Shown here piece after piece: positions 36,460-45,603 of a stretch of DNA of 64,000 nt. A program made the translations under genes and the position numbers. A model generated the notes under the pieces. The model was not told where the DNA came from, ran no database searches, and worked only from the letters and a program-made list of their open reading frames with translations. The first letter of the stretch is position 1, and every line of letters starts with the position of its first letter. Origin of the DNA: a virus; IMG/VR virus record IMGVR_UViG_2906454065_000003, positions 1-64,000 of that record. One strand, 5' to 3'.

Positions 36460-36884
36460 TAACAGAAATAGATGCTGGTCATGTAATCTATGATGACTTG
36501 GAACTTATGGGATTGGAACGAAGACTGAAAGGACATCTGATAAAGGGTGGACTTGAAGGGGAAAGACCTATGGTCGGTGAGAAGATTCCTGATGAAGGCA
36601 TGATAGTAATCATTTCTAAGCGCATGAGTGCAGATAAGACATATTTCAACGATTGTACTATAGAGGTAAACATATTGCTCAAAGATATAGAGGGCGAGGC
36701 TAATCCTCAATTGAACGAGCTTTTAAAGAAGGCTATTCAAACCCTGTCCGACAATGAGGTCGGAAAAGTTGAGGATGTATGGTATCGTTATTCTATCCGC
36801 TCCCACGGCATAGAGCAAGAGAGTAGGTTGAGTTGCCATTACGCAAACATTACTATTGATTTTGAAACATTAAACGTAACATAA
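36456..36884 (+). CDS. hypothetical protein
   Basis: 142-aa ORF that overlaps its neighbours by 4 nt. Confidence 0.4.
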   Translation: MITEIDAGHVIYDDLELMGLERRLKGHLIKGGLEGERPMVGEKIPDEGMIVIISKRMSADKTYFNDCTIEVNILLKDIEGEANPQLNELLKKAIQTLSDNEVGKVEDVWYRYSIRSHGIEQESRLSCHYANITIDFETLNVT

Positions 36885-36885
36885 G

Positions 36886-37443
36886 ATGAAACCATTTATT
36901 GGAATCAAGAGAATTTGGTATGGTGCTCCTCTTACCGAGGCAAATACACCTGCTAAGTTGGCTGCATGGTTGAAAACCGCTACAGAGGTTAAGAACAGCC
37001 ATGAGGGAACATGGGGATATTCTCAGGATGACCCTAGTGTTACCGAGTACAAGAACGAGCTGAACGGACAGGTTTACTATCGTGACAAGACCGATGAGGG
37101 TGCTAAGACAATTACATTCTCTATTGGTGTCTTTTCATGGAAGAATAAGGTAGACTTGCAGGGTGGTAAGATGTACAAGGCAACTGGAGAAGAGACTACA
37201 ATGGAGGCAGATGCAGTAGGTTGGTCTTCTAGCCAAGATTTGGCTAATATCAACAAGTGTATCGTTGCTCAGACCAAGACAGGGAACTACATCGTTTTCT
37301 CAAATGCGGCTATCGTTGCCAAGGGTGACCAGCAGGATAAGAATATCACTTTGGGTATTTCTGCCGTTGCTATGGAAAGCGAGATCGATGGTGTGGCTGG
37401 CGAGTACCAATGGGAAGGCTCTGCGGTTGTAGAACAAGAATAA
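36886..37443 (+). CDS. putative major tail protein
   Basis: 185 aa and its position after the connector-sized genes. Weak call. Confidence 0.35.
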   Translation: MKPFIGIKRIWYGAPLTEANTPAKLAAWLKTATEVKNSHEGTWGYSQDDPSVTEYKNELNGQVYYRDKTDEGAKTITFSIGVFSWKNKVDLQGGKMYKATGEETTMEADAVGWSSSQDLANINKCIVAQTKTGNYIVFSNAAIVAKGDQQDKNITLGISAVAMESEIDGVAGEYQWEGSAVVEQE

Positions 37444-37510
37444 GACATAGGCAACAAATGATAGAGGGGGATGGTGTTAATGCCGTTCCCCTTTTTTAAT
37501 ATTCAGAACC

Positions 37511-37894
37511 ATGAGTAAGGCAAGTAAATTAGTTACGGATGCAATTCTTGGAGAGGACACCGTAACGATAATCGTGAATGGAAGGGCTTATTACGTTTCA
37601 CCACCTACAATTATAAAATTGGTCAAGGCGGCTAAATACCTTGATAGTTTCGAAGAGGGCAAGACCTTAGCGGAAGTCTTATGCATGCTTAAGAATTTGG
37701 ATGATGCTTGCAAGGCGTTGTCCGTATTCATACAAGGCGATGAATCCATTAGTGATGAATTATCTAAAGGAACGCTTGAAGAGGTTGTCAATGGCTTACA
37801 AACGGCTTATTCCTTAATCTCTATAAAGGATTTTCAGACGCTATCAATTTTGGCGAAGAGTGCGGCAAGGATGATAGCAAAACCACGACCATAG
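37511..37894 (+). CDS. hypothetical protein
   Basis: 127-aa ORF. Confidence 0.4.
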   Translation: MSKASKLVTDAILGEDTVTIIVNGRAYYVSPPTIIKLVKAAKYLDSFEEGKTLAEVLCMLKNLDDACKALSVFIQGDESISDELSKGTLEEVVNGLQTAYSLISIKDFQTLSILAKSAARMIAKPRP

Positions 37895-38124
37895 GTAACG
37901 ATACACTCTTAGGACAGATTGCATCTTTTATGGATAGTCTGCACTTATCTTACCAAGAAGTCGTGAAAGAGATACCTTATAGAAATTTATTACTGATGGC
38001 AAAAGACAAGCAAAGAGTAGCATGTGGTGATGTAATGTATGAGGTAACGGAAGAAGAGTTTGGAATGAACTTCAAAAAAGGATAAGTTTAAAATAATGCA
38101 AATAAAGTATTAAAAGCACTAAAA

Positions 38125-38161
38125 CGCTTGCAAGTTAGCGAAATATTATTTATCTTTGCAA
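38125..38161 (+). promoter_or_regulatory. Bacteroides-type promoter
   Basis: CGCTTGCAAGTTAGCGAAATATTATTTATCTTTGCAAGCG, with the -7 box at 38151..38158. Confidence 0.55.
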
Positions 38162-38216
38162 GCGCAGAACAAAAAAGGATAAAATGGCGAATTAAGAAAT
38201 TGATAAGATATTAGAG

Positions 38217-38297
38217 ACACGAAACCCGATGGACTATACCGAAAGGCAGTCCGAGTCATTATTCCTTTGACTTTGCAATCGGTAGTTTCGTGTTTTT
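38217..38297 (+). ncRNA. structured leader / putative attenuator or small RNA ending in an intrinsic terminator
   Basis: The outer inverted repeat ACACGAAAC (38217..38225) and GTTTCGTGT (38285..38293) encloses an inner hairpin GGACT-ATACCGAAAGGC-AGTCC, followed by TTTTT. It lies between the promoter and the ATG at 38312. Confidence 0.45.
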
Positions 38298-38311
38298 GTG
38301 TTTAAAATAAG

Positions 38312-38614
38312 ATGCAAGACGTAAGGTTGATATTCGAGATACTGGTTTCCATGTTGCTTTGCGTTTGTCTCATATTGCTTGCTGTAAGTAGATATAGGCA
38401 AAAGAAAAAGCGTGAAGAACCGGAGCGAAAGGAAATGGACTTGATAGACTTCTTTTCTTTGGGAGGAGTTGCCTATTATTGGAACAAAGGTGGTAAGCAG
38501 CAGAAATGCTACACATACGAAGAATTTCTGAAAATCAAGGCTGACTACGTGGAGCTTTGGTTGAATCAGAATAGATATATTTTTAACTCTCAATTAGATT
38601 GCGATGATATATAG
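38312..38614 (+). CDS. small membrane protein
   Basis: LIFEILVSMLLCVCLILLAV is a TM helix. 100 aa. Confidence 0.4.
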   Translation: MQDVRLIFEILVSMLLCVCLILLAVSRYRQKKKREEPERKEMDLIDFFSLGGVAYYWNKGGKQQKCYTYEEFLKIKADYVELWLNQNRYIFNSQLDCDDI

Positions 38615-38834
38615 AGTATTTGTTTTGTTTCCGACAATAGTTGTATCAGATAGTATTGTCGGTATAGCTTGGCTAGGAAAGGTCTTTGGCTGGCGATATG
38701 GAAAGAACAAGAAAAAGAGCAAGAATGTGTCCTTAATGATAGGATATAACACAGGAATGTCTCTTAAGTCGAAAATAGATGATAACGCAGCGGATGATTA
38801 TTTAAGACGCATTGCCGAAGAAAACAGAATCTAA
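38604..38834 (+). CDS. hypothetical protein
   Basis: 76-aa ORF with a hydrophobic N-terminus. Confidence 0.35.
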   Translation: MIYRVFVLFPTIVVSDSIVGIAWLGKVFGWRYGKNKKKSKNVSLMIGYNTGMSLKSKIDDNAADDYLRRIAEENRI

Positions 38835-38928
38835 ATTCAAGGGTTAGAGTCCCTTTTTTACAACCATATTACTTGTGGTTATTTTTATACATCGGTTTTT
38901 ATTAACGATTGTTTTTTATGGTAGATAA

Positions 38929-39213
38929 ATGTATAAAAACGAGCACAAGTTCCCTTATAGATGGACTAAAAAAGATGCTAATTTCACAAAAGACAAAGGT
39001 AAGGTGATGTCTTGCTTTTGTTGTGGAGGTGGAAGTTCCTTTGGTTACAAACTAGCTGGCTACGATGTTGTAGCCTGTAATGAGATAGACCCAAAGGTTA
39101 TGAAGATGTACTTGAAGAATCACGATGTCAAGTATTCTTTCAATTGTGATATTCGTGAGTTGATTACCAATATCAATATGGGGGGGGCATATTATGAAAG
39201 AAGAGTTGCATAA
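38929..39213 (+). CDS. DNA (cytosine-5)-methyltransferase, N-terminal part (motifs I-II), truncated by frameshift
   Basis: FCCGGGSSFG is motif I (FxGxG). ACNEID is motif II. The frame ends 8 codons after a G8 tract. Confidence 0.7.
   Translation: MYKNEHKFPYRWTKKDANFTKDKGKVMSCFCCGGGSSFGYKLAGYDVVACNEIDPKVMKMYLKNHDVKYSFNCDIRELITNINMGGAYYERRVA
39180..39187. repeat. poly-G(8) homopolymer tract inside the C5-MTase gene
   Basis: ATGGGGGGGGCAT. A 9-G (or 6-G) tract would fuse frame 1 (..NINMGG) to frame 2 (HIMKEEL...DILDASFPC). Confidence 0.9.
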
Positions 39214-40036
39214 TTTGGATATATTGGATGCTAGTTTCCCATGTTCTGTATTCAGTATTGCAGGTGACCGCCAAAAGGCTTGGGGAAAGGAAAAAGTATT
39301 CCGAGAAGGTCAGAAGGCGCAAAGGCTTGACGATTTGGCTTTCTACTCTATTGACCTTGCTAAAGAACTAAAGCCAAAGGTGGTGGTTTTTGAGAATGTC
39401 CAAGGTTTGTTGCAAGGTGAAGCTATCGAGTACGTGAAAGAGATTTACAAGCAGATGGATAATGCCGGATATATCTTGCAGCATTGGTTGCTTAATGCAC
39501 GTAATATGGGTGTTCCTCAGAATCGACCTAGGGTGTTCTTTCTAGGATTACGCAAAGACCTTTGCGAGCCGTTTATGGTTCAGAAGGATTTGTTCGAGCG
39601 AGTGCCTAAGATAGATATGGACTTCAACGAGAAAGAAATTGTCTTGGATGAGTTCTCGGACTATAATGGAAGACAGATTCCTAAAGGAATGATGAAGTAT
39701 TGGGAGTATAGAAACGAAAAGGACAATTCTATCGGTGATATTGTCAAGCGGATGGATAATCGTCTTTCTATGTTCAATAATATGTTTCTTAAAAAGAACA
39801 AGGTATGCAATACCATATCAGCAATGGAAGATAGACTTGTGTATTATGATAATCCAAGTTATCTTTCAGCACATGATACGATTTTAGCATCAACATTTCC
39901 GATGGATTATGACTTTAATGGCATGAAACCTTGGTTTGCTTGCGGAATGTGTGTTCCTCCTGTTATGATGGCTAATGTAGCTACAAGAATCTGGGATTGT
40001 TGGTTATCAAAGATTAAAAAGGAGGAATGCGCATGA
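39194..40036 (+). CDS. DNA (cytosine-5)-methyltransferase, C-terminal part (motifs IV onward)
   Basis: DILDASFPCSVFS is motif IV (PC). ENVQGLL is motif VI (ENV). Frame 2 is open upstream through the G tract. Confidence 0.7.
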   Translation: MKEELHNLDILDASFPCSVFSIAGDRQKAWGKEKVFREGQKAQRLDDLAFYSIDLAKELKPKVVVFENVQGLLQGEAIEYVKEIYKQMDNAGYILQHWLLNARNMGVPQNRPRVFFLGLRKDLCEPFMVQKDLFERVPKIDMDFNEKEIVLDEFSDYNGRQIPKGMMKYWEYRNEKDNSIGDIVKRMDNRLSMFNNMFLKKNKVCNTISAMEDRLVYYDNPSYLSAHDTILASTFPMDYDFNGMKPWFACGMCVPPVMMANVATRIWDCWLSKIKKEECA

Positions 40037-40770
40037 TAACAGCAAGTATGACATCGGGAGAGATGCGTAGAGTACGAAACTTAGATGAAGCTAGAATCTA
40101 TGAGTTTCAGATGCGAAAAGCTAATGAGCTTAAACGTGAAATGAGAAAGCAGAACGTAAGACAAATAACAAAGACCTTTGAGCTTGCTACACCTAATGCC
40201 GATTATTTCATCGTTGTAGGTGTAAAACATGGCGATGTATTTGCTTCCGGTTTGTTCATTTATCTGAAGGAAACCAACGAGTATATTCCTATGAGTAGAA
40301 ACGAGGGGTATAGCGAAGATTGTTTTGCTATGAGCGTTCATTTTCTGAAGAGATTTGCAGAAAGGTTTTTGAAAAAAGACTTACCGATTCTCAAGATATT
40401 GCAAAAGATATATACATCGTTTACAGGTGCTGTTCAGCTCTATAGTGATGACAAGACAAGAAGAGTGGTATTTGCTATTCCGGAAGGGCTTATACTCACA
40501 GAATACGAGCAAGAAAAGCATATCATCCATTACAAAACCTTTGTAAGCATGGATATGCTAAAGAAGACACAGAAGCGGAGTTATGAGAAGATAAGTGCAT
40601 TTCTCATGGAGTCTTGTCAGCAAATAGCTAAAGCAAGAGACACCGGAAATGACGAAAGGCTGTGCGTTGTGTACAGAAGGTTTTACAATGATATTGATTT
40701 GCTAGATACAAAGGAGGCGCAAGCCATATATTCAAGTTTCTTTGAAAAAGGAGGTAACAATGAAAGATAA
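40027..40770 (+). CDS. hypothetical protein
   Basis: 247-aa ORF that overlaps the MTase stop. Confidence 0.45.
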   Translation: MRMITASMTSGEMRRVRNLDEARIYEFQMRKANELKREMRKQNVRQITKTFELATPNADYFIVVGVKHGDVFASGLFIYLKETNEYIPMSRNEGYSEDCFAMSVHFLKRFAERFLKKDLPILKILQKIYTSFTGAVQLYSDDKTRRVVFAIPEGLILTEYEQEKHIIHYKTFVSMDMLKKTQKRSYEKISAFLMESCQQIAKARDTGNDERLCVVYRRFYNDIDLLDTKEAQAIYSSFFEKGGNNER

Positions 40771-41263
40771 ATGTATAACAAGGTTTCTTGGTGATATAAA
40801 GCCTATAAAGAATTACGAAAGGTATTATGTTAGCAAGCTGGGACATGTTTTTACTATTGGGAGAACGTCTCAATTAAAGGAAATCGCCCCATGTAAGACA
40901 CCAAAAGGTTATCTGAAGGTATGGCTTTACAAGAACGGAAAACGCAAAATGTTCTATATCCATCGTTTGGTAGCTCAGGCTTTCTTGGAGAATCCAGATG
41001 CGTTGCCGATGGTGAATCATAAGGATTTCGACAAGACGAATAACGATGTAGACAACTTGGAGTATTGCACTGCAAGATACAATATGGTTTATTCGGCTAT
41101 AGCAAAGAAGACTTCATCTGTATACTTGGGCGTGACGTGGAATAAGAACAACAGAAAATGGCAAGCTCAGTACCAGATAGGTAAGAAGAAAATTTATATC
41201 GGATGCTTTGGGACGCAAGAAGAAGCTCACGAAGCTTATGTTAACGCTATTAAAGAGATTTGA
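40742..41263 (+). CDS. HNH homing endonuclease (NUMOD4 / HNH_3 / AP2 architecture)
   Basis: YYVSKLGHVFT is NUMOD4-like. HRLVAQAF...VNHKDFDKTNNDVDNLEY is HNH_3. GVTWNKNNRKWQAQ...GCFGTQEEAHEAY is an AP2 domain. Confidence 0.75.
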   Translation: MKKEVTMKDKCITRFLGDIKPIKNYERYYVSKLGHVFTIGRTSQLKEIAPCKTPKGYLKVWLYKNGKRKMFYIHRLVAQAFLENPDALPMVNHKDFDKTNNDVDNLEYCTARYNMVYSAIAKKTSSVYLGVTWNKNNRKWQAQYQIGKKKIYIGCFGTQEEAHEAYVNAIKEI

Positions 41264-41264
41264 T

Positions 41265-41975
41265 ATGCTAGAATTAAACAGAATATACAATTCCGACTGT
41301 ATAGAAGGAATGAAGCAAATAGAGAGTGGGGAGGTGGATTTGATTGTTACTGACCATCCGTATTGCATAGCCTACAAGACTGGGTGGAGAGCTGACGACC
41401 ATCGTTTCTCTAAGGAAATACTCAATGATGATAATGAGCAATTGATTATTGATTATATGAGCGAATGCTACCGGATTTTAAAGGATGATAGTGCTGCTTA
41501 TATCTTCTGTAGTGCTAAGACCTTGGACTTTTTTATGCAACAAGCGAGGAATGCAGGGTTTACCATTAAGAATGTGCTCATTTGGCGAAAGAACAACCAT
41601 ACTGCTGGAGATTTAGAGGCGCAATATGGTCAATGTTACGAGCCAATCCTGTACTTGAATAAAGGCAGACGAACCATAAACGGCAAGCGCTTAGAGGATG
41701 TTTGGGACTTTGATAGAGTTCCATCAGATAAATTGGTACATCAGAACGAGAAACCAATCCCCTTGCTTATGCAATGCATCTTGAAATCATCAAATGAAGG
41801 CGACTTGGTGTTTGATGGCTTTATGGGCAGCGCAAGTACGGCTCTTGCTTGTTTGCGTACCAACAGAAAGTTCCTTGGCTTTGAATTGGATAAGGATTAT
41901 TTCAATGTGGCACAGAGAAGAATTAAGGAAGAAATGTCTAACCAAAAAGATATGTTTGGATATGCTGGAGATTAA
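41265..41975 (+). CDS. beta-class DNA N6-adenine/N4-cytosine methyltransferase
   Basis: Start MLELNRIYNSDC. DLIVTDHPY is a motif IV variant of DPPY. HQNEKPIPLL then VFDGFMGSASTALAC is motif I (FxGxG), placed C-terminally as in the beta class. Confidence 0.7.
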   Translation: MLELNRIYNSDCIEGMKQIESGEVDLIVTDHPYCIAYKTGWRADDHRFSKEILNDDNEQLIIDYMSECYRILKDDSAAYIFCSAKTLDFFMQQARNAGFTIKNVLIWRKNNHTAGDLEAQYGQCYEPILYLNKGRRTINGKRLEDVWDFDRVPSDKLVHQNEKPIPLLMQCILKSSNEGDLVFDGFMGSASTALACLRTNRKFLGFELDKDYFNVAQRRIKEEMSNQKDMFGYAGD

Positions 41976-42678
41976 TAAAATTTACCAAGGCGATTGCAGA
42001 AAGCTATTGAAGCTGATAGACAATGATAGCATAGACCTCGTATGTTCCGATGTGGCTTATCCGGTTCAGTCTAGAGGCGGCTCAGGGAATATGGGAGGAT
42101 ATTGGACTGACTCTCAGACGAGAAAGGGTAAGATATTCAAAAGCAACGATATTGATATTTCCGAGTATATTAATGATTTGTACCGGATATTAAAGGACAG
42201 GTCTCATTGTTATCTGATGTGTAATGATTTTAACTTAATGCATTTTCTTGATGTGATAGGAAAGAGCGAATTTCACTTCACTAAATGCTTAATATGGGAT
42301 AAATGCGCAAAGATATGTGGTCGTTATTATATGGCTCAGAAAGAGTATATCATCATGCTCTGCAAAGGAGGTGACAGACCTATAAATGAATGTGGTACAT
42401 CTGATATTCTGAGTGTTCCTATTCCTACCAACAAACGCAAGGATAAGGATGGGTTGATTAATCAAACAGAAAAACCAGTGAAGTTGATGGAGATACTAAT
42501 CAGAAACTCAACAAATGTTGGTGATGTCATTCTAGACCCATTTATGGGGAGCGGTACAACGGCAAGGGCTTGTGTTAATCTTGAAAGGCAGTATGTCGGT
42601 TTTGAGATAGACCAACGACAAGTCGATTTTGCCAATAACGAATTAAAGAACATGAGTAGGCAATTAAGTCTGTTCTAA
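41962..42678 (+). CDS. beta-class DNA methyltransferase (tandem paralog)
   Basis: Start MLEINKIYQGDC. DLVCSDVAYP, TEKPVKLM, ILDPFMGSGTTARAC. Overlaps the previous gene by 14 nt. Confidence 0.7.
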   Translation: MLEINKIYQGDCRKLLKLIDNDSIDLVCSDVAYPVQSRGGSGNMGGYWTDSQTRKGKIFKSNDIDISEYINDLYRILKDRSHCYLMCNDFNLMHFLDVIGKSEFHFTKCLIWDKCAKICGRYYMAQKEYIIMLCKGGDRPINECGTSDILSVPIPTNKRKDKDGLINQTEKPVKLMEILIRNSTNVGDVILDPFMGSGTTARACVNLERQYVGFEIDQRQVDFANNELKNMSRQLSLF

Positions 42679-42687
42679 ATTTTAGTT

Positions 42688-42906
42688 ATGCGTATGATAT
42701 TTCAATGTGATCCAGTTGTAAGAAATGGGAATAAAGAGATTACGGATGCTCTGATAAGAGCTATGAGAGACGAAGCCTTAAAACGTGGGTTGGTACGTGA
42801 TGAATTGGTAGAATTTTGCAATAGATTCTTGAGAGAAGGCGAAATCAATGCTTGTATAGAGCATTTGCTTGATAATTTCAAACGTTATTTTTGGAGGTAT
42901 TATTGA
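42688..42906 (+). CDS. hypothetical protein
   Basis: 72-aa ORF. Confidence 0.4.
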   Translation: MRMIFQCDPVVRNGNKEITDALIRAMRDEALKRGLVRDELVEFCNRFLREGEINACIEHLLDNFKRYFWRYY

Positions 42907-42907
42907 T

Positions 42908-43537
42908 ATGAAAAGAAGAAAGTTGAACAAGTCTCCAGTGCTAGGCTTCTGCGGATTTGTTATCGGTTACGAGTGCAAGGAAAAGGGAATAAAGCTGATG
43001 GAGTGCGATAAGACGCAAGCTGATGCAATCATAGTTCCTCATCACTTTTCACACAAGGTAACGAAGAATAGTTGCTTGAATCTTTTGGTATTGTATAAGG
43101 ATAAGATAAGGGGTGCAATGCAAATAGGGTATGGAATCCGACCGCACATCAAGACTGAAAAGGGCGAAGTGTTGGATTACCATCAAGTGAGGGAATTTGA
43201 CAGAATGTGGTTGTCTGATGATATGCCAAAGTTTAGCGAGACGATTTGCCTTTCTCTCTTGCATAAGTATATTAGGGCAACACATAAGGAAATCAAGTAC
43301 CTTATATCTTATGCCGATACGTCCATAGGTAACAAGGGAACTATATATAAAGCTGCAAACTATGAGCATATTGATACCATTAAGGCAGATTTCTATGTGT
43401 TACCAAGTGGTGAGCGTGTGCATCCGGTTACGATGTGGCATCGGCACAAGACAAGAGCATGGGAGGTTCTAACGAAGCTATACCCAGGAATAAAAAAGGC
43501 AGAAGGGTTTCAACTTAAATTTCTGAAGAAGTTATGA
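42908..43537 (+). CDS. hypothetical protein, possible acyltransferase-fold DNA-modification enzyme
   Basis: The ATG at 42908 (MKRRKL) directly follows the previous stop. YADTSIGNKGTIYKAANYEHI resembles a GNAT/Mom-like motif, recalled from memory only. Sits inside the MTase/HNH island. Confidence 0.35.
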   Translation: MKRRKLNKSPVLGFCGFVIGYECKEKGIKLMECDKTQADAIIVPHHFSHKVTKNSCLNLLVLYKDKIRGAMQIGYGIRPHIKTEKGEVLDYHQVREFDRMWLSDDMPKFSETICLSLLHKYIRATHKEIKYLISYADTSIGNKGTIYKAANYEHIDTIKADFYVLPSGERVHPVTMWHRHKTRAWEVLTKLYPGIKKAEGFQLKFLKKL

Positions 43538-43749
43538 AGAAAAGAAATAAATGTATTCCTCGTCATTTGCATCCAGATCCTGAGCATTGGGTTAGAAAAG
43601 GTCAATCTTGGAAGGCGAAGGTAGCTTATGAAAGCGAGGATAATGCTTGGGAGTTTCTAAATCAGAATTCGAAGTTGAAGGCTTCCGGCTGGCATCCTTA
43701 CTTATGCAAGGTTTGCTCTAAGTGGCATATTGGTAGGTTACATAATTAA
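43534..43749 (+). CDS. small Cys/His-rich protein
   Basis: 71 aa. CxxC at the C-terminus. Confidence 0.4.
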   Translation: MKKRNKCIPRHLHPDPEHWVRKGQSWKAKVAYESEDNAWEFLNQNSKLKASGWHPYLCKVCSKWHIGRLHN

Positions 43750-43754
43750 CGATT

Positions 43755-44141
43755 ATGAAAAAAGAAGATAGACTTAAAATATATTGCAAATACGATGGGC
43801 ATTGTGCTTATTGCGGCAAGAGTATAGAGTATAAGGATATGCAGGTTGACCATCTTGTTCCGAAAAATCGAGGTTGTTACTCTCGGTGGAGCGACAAGGA
43901 GGGAAAATTTGTCGTATTCCATGGCGATGATTCCATGGAGAACTATATGCCATCTTGCAGGTCTTGTAATCTTCGTAAGCGTGATATGAGTTTGGAACAA
44001 TTTCGTTCGGAGATTACTAGACAGGCTAAAGGATTGCTTAATGGTAAGGCTTCTTTCCAAGTAAAGATGTCGCTTGCTTATGGTTTAATCGAAGAGCACT
44101 TTGATAGACAAATTGTGTTCTACTTTGAGAAATTTAAATAG
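43755..44141 (+). CDS. HNH endonuclease
   Basis: CAYCGKSI...DHLVPKN...N...SCRSCNLRK has the HNH Zn-finger layout. Confidence 0.7.
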   Translation: MKKEDRLKIYCKYDGHCAYCGKSIEYKDMQVDHLVPKNRGCYSRWSDKEGKFVVFHGDDSMENYMPSCRSCNLRKRDMSLEQFRSEITRQAKGLLNGKASFQVKMSLAYGLIEEHFDRQIVFYFEKFK

Positions 44142-44149
44142 TTGAGAAT

Positions 44150-44434
44150 ATGAAGAAGTTTAAGAAGTCGATAGAGATTAGCACTAAGAATATTTCAGAC
44201 GTTCTTCAAGTGCCAATTGTTACAAGTTTATACAAGACTAAGAATTTTAAAAACCCTTGTTTTGAAGGTCGTAGCGTTCCTTATGATACTATAGCACTGA
44301 TGTATGTTCATATCGAAGGCTTTGATAGCGATTTTTGTATTAACCAAGGCTACATTCTCGCTCTTGACATTTGTGATACTTGGTATGCCTTTTCAAAAGC
44401 AGGATGGGAAAAACATAAAAACGATGAGGTATGA
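44150..44434 (+). CDS. hypothetical protein
   Basis: 94-aa ORF. Confidence 0.4.
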   Translation: MKKFKKSIEISTKNISDVLQVPIVTSLYKTKNFKNPCFEGRSVPYDTIALMYVHIEGFDSDFCINQGYILALDICDTWYAFSKAGWEKHKNDEV

Positions 44435-44826
44435 AGAAGAAAGGATATTACGAATACGGAAACGGAATCTACCCTTTGAAACTTTGGGTACACATCGGTA
44501 AAGACTTGAAAGAGCTGATAGATTCATGTTTTGACAAGTGCAATGCTCCCGATAGTGATTACGGCGGCGTTACGTATTCCGATGCTGTCAGGAAGAGCGA
44601 CAGAAGGCGCGGCGTTCTTGTCTCGTTTCCGTGTCAGAAGGTTATGTCGATGAACTATTGCTGCCATGAAGCTTCTCACGTCTGCGATGCCATCGAGGAA
44701 TATACTGACTTGGAACACGGCGGCGAGCCCTCAGCCTACTTGATGGGTTGGATTGCGTCTTGCATCAACAATGCTCGTTTGGGCATTGGAGATTTCGTTG
44801 AAATTGTAGATAAGGAAGAAAAATAG
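44431..44826 (+). CDS. hypothetical protein
   Basis: 131-aa ORF with an ATGA overlap. Confidence 0.45.
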   Translation: MKKKGYYEYGNGIYPLKLWVHIGKDLKELIDSCFDKCNAPDSDYGGVTYSDAVRKSDRRRGVLVSFPCQKVMSMNYCCHEASHVCDAIEEYTDLEHGGEPSAYLMGWIASCINNARLGIGDFVEIVDKEEK

Positions 44827-44966
44827 CCCAAAGGCAAAATACCATTTGGTGTTTACCCCATCACTATATATAATAATGTAGTGGTGGGGATTTTTGTGTT
44901 AACGTCAGCAAATTATTTGTTTGTATTATTATAGAGTGTTAAAAGCTATAAGAAATACATTAAATA

Positions 44967-45002
44967 ACTTGCATATTTCGAATATTCTTTGTATCTTTGC
45001 AT
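44967..45002 (+). promoter_or_regulatory. Bacteroides-type promoter (repeated cassette copy)
   Basis: ACTTGCATATTTCGAATATTCTTTGTATCTTTGCATCG, with the -7 box at 44992..44999. Confidence 0.55.
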
Positions 45003-45037
45003 CGTAATTAAGAAATAAAGGTTACTAATTTTAAAAA

Positions 45038-45061
45038 GGTGAGACACACCACAAAAACTGT
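45038..45061 (+). promoter_or_regulatory. hairpin motif copy c (GGTGAGACACACC-ACAAA-AACTGT)
   Basis: Identical stem-loop to copy a, sitting in the leader of ORF 45071. Confidence 0.5.
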
Positions 45062-45070
45062 AAGAAGAAA

Positions 45071-45445
45071 GTGGAAAAGTTTTTTGAAAACTTATCTGAA
45101 AAGTTTAATGATGCGGCTTTTGAGGCGCAACTTGATGATTTTACTTGCGAGTTTGATGCTATTAACAAACCTGCTGAAATCGTGGTGTCCGTTAAGAGTA
45201 GAAAGGTTATCCATTCATATGGAAATATTTCTTCTTATCCATATTACAATGTAGATAAGATTAATATCTATAATGAAGACGGAGAAGACGTTTCTTCAAA
45301 ATATCCTTTGTTCTGCCAAAGAGTTAAGGATTGCGTGCCTTCTTATAAAGATGTAGAGAATGACTTGACGGAGGCAAATATGAGCGATACCGAGCTTTAT
45401 TTCGGCTCAGAGGCTAATTATTTGCATTACAAGTATGGTAACTAA
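45071..45445 (+). CDS. hypothetical protein
   Basis: 124-aa ORF. Confidence 0.45.
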   Translation: MEKFFENLSEKFNDAAFEAQLDDFTCEFDAINKPAEIVVSVKSRKVIHSYGNISSYPYYNVDKINIYNEDGEDVSSKYPLFCQRVKDCVPSYKDVENDLTEANMSDTELYFGSEANYLHYKYGN

Positions 45446-45603
45446 ATGGTTTGGATATGGAGTACGAAAATAACTTTGTAGGTCTTTCATCTGTAACGAG
45501 TCACGCCCTTGAAATATTAAGGTATGAACTAGAGTATGGATGGACATTGGCTCTTATGCCAAATGATGTGTGGTACAACTAATTACTTTTAAAATTTCAA
45601 ATT

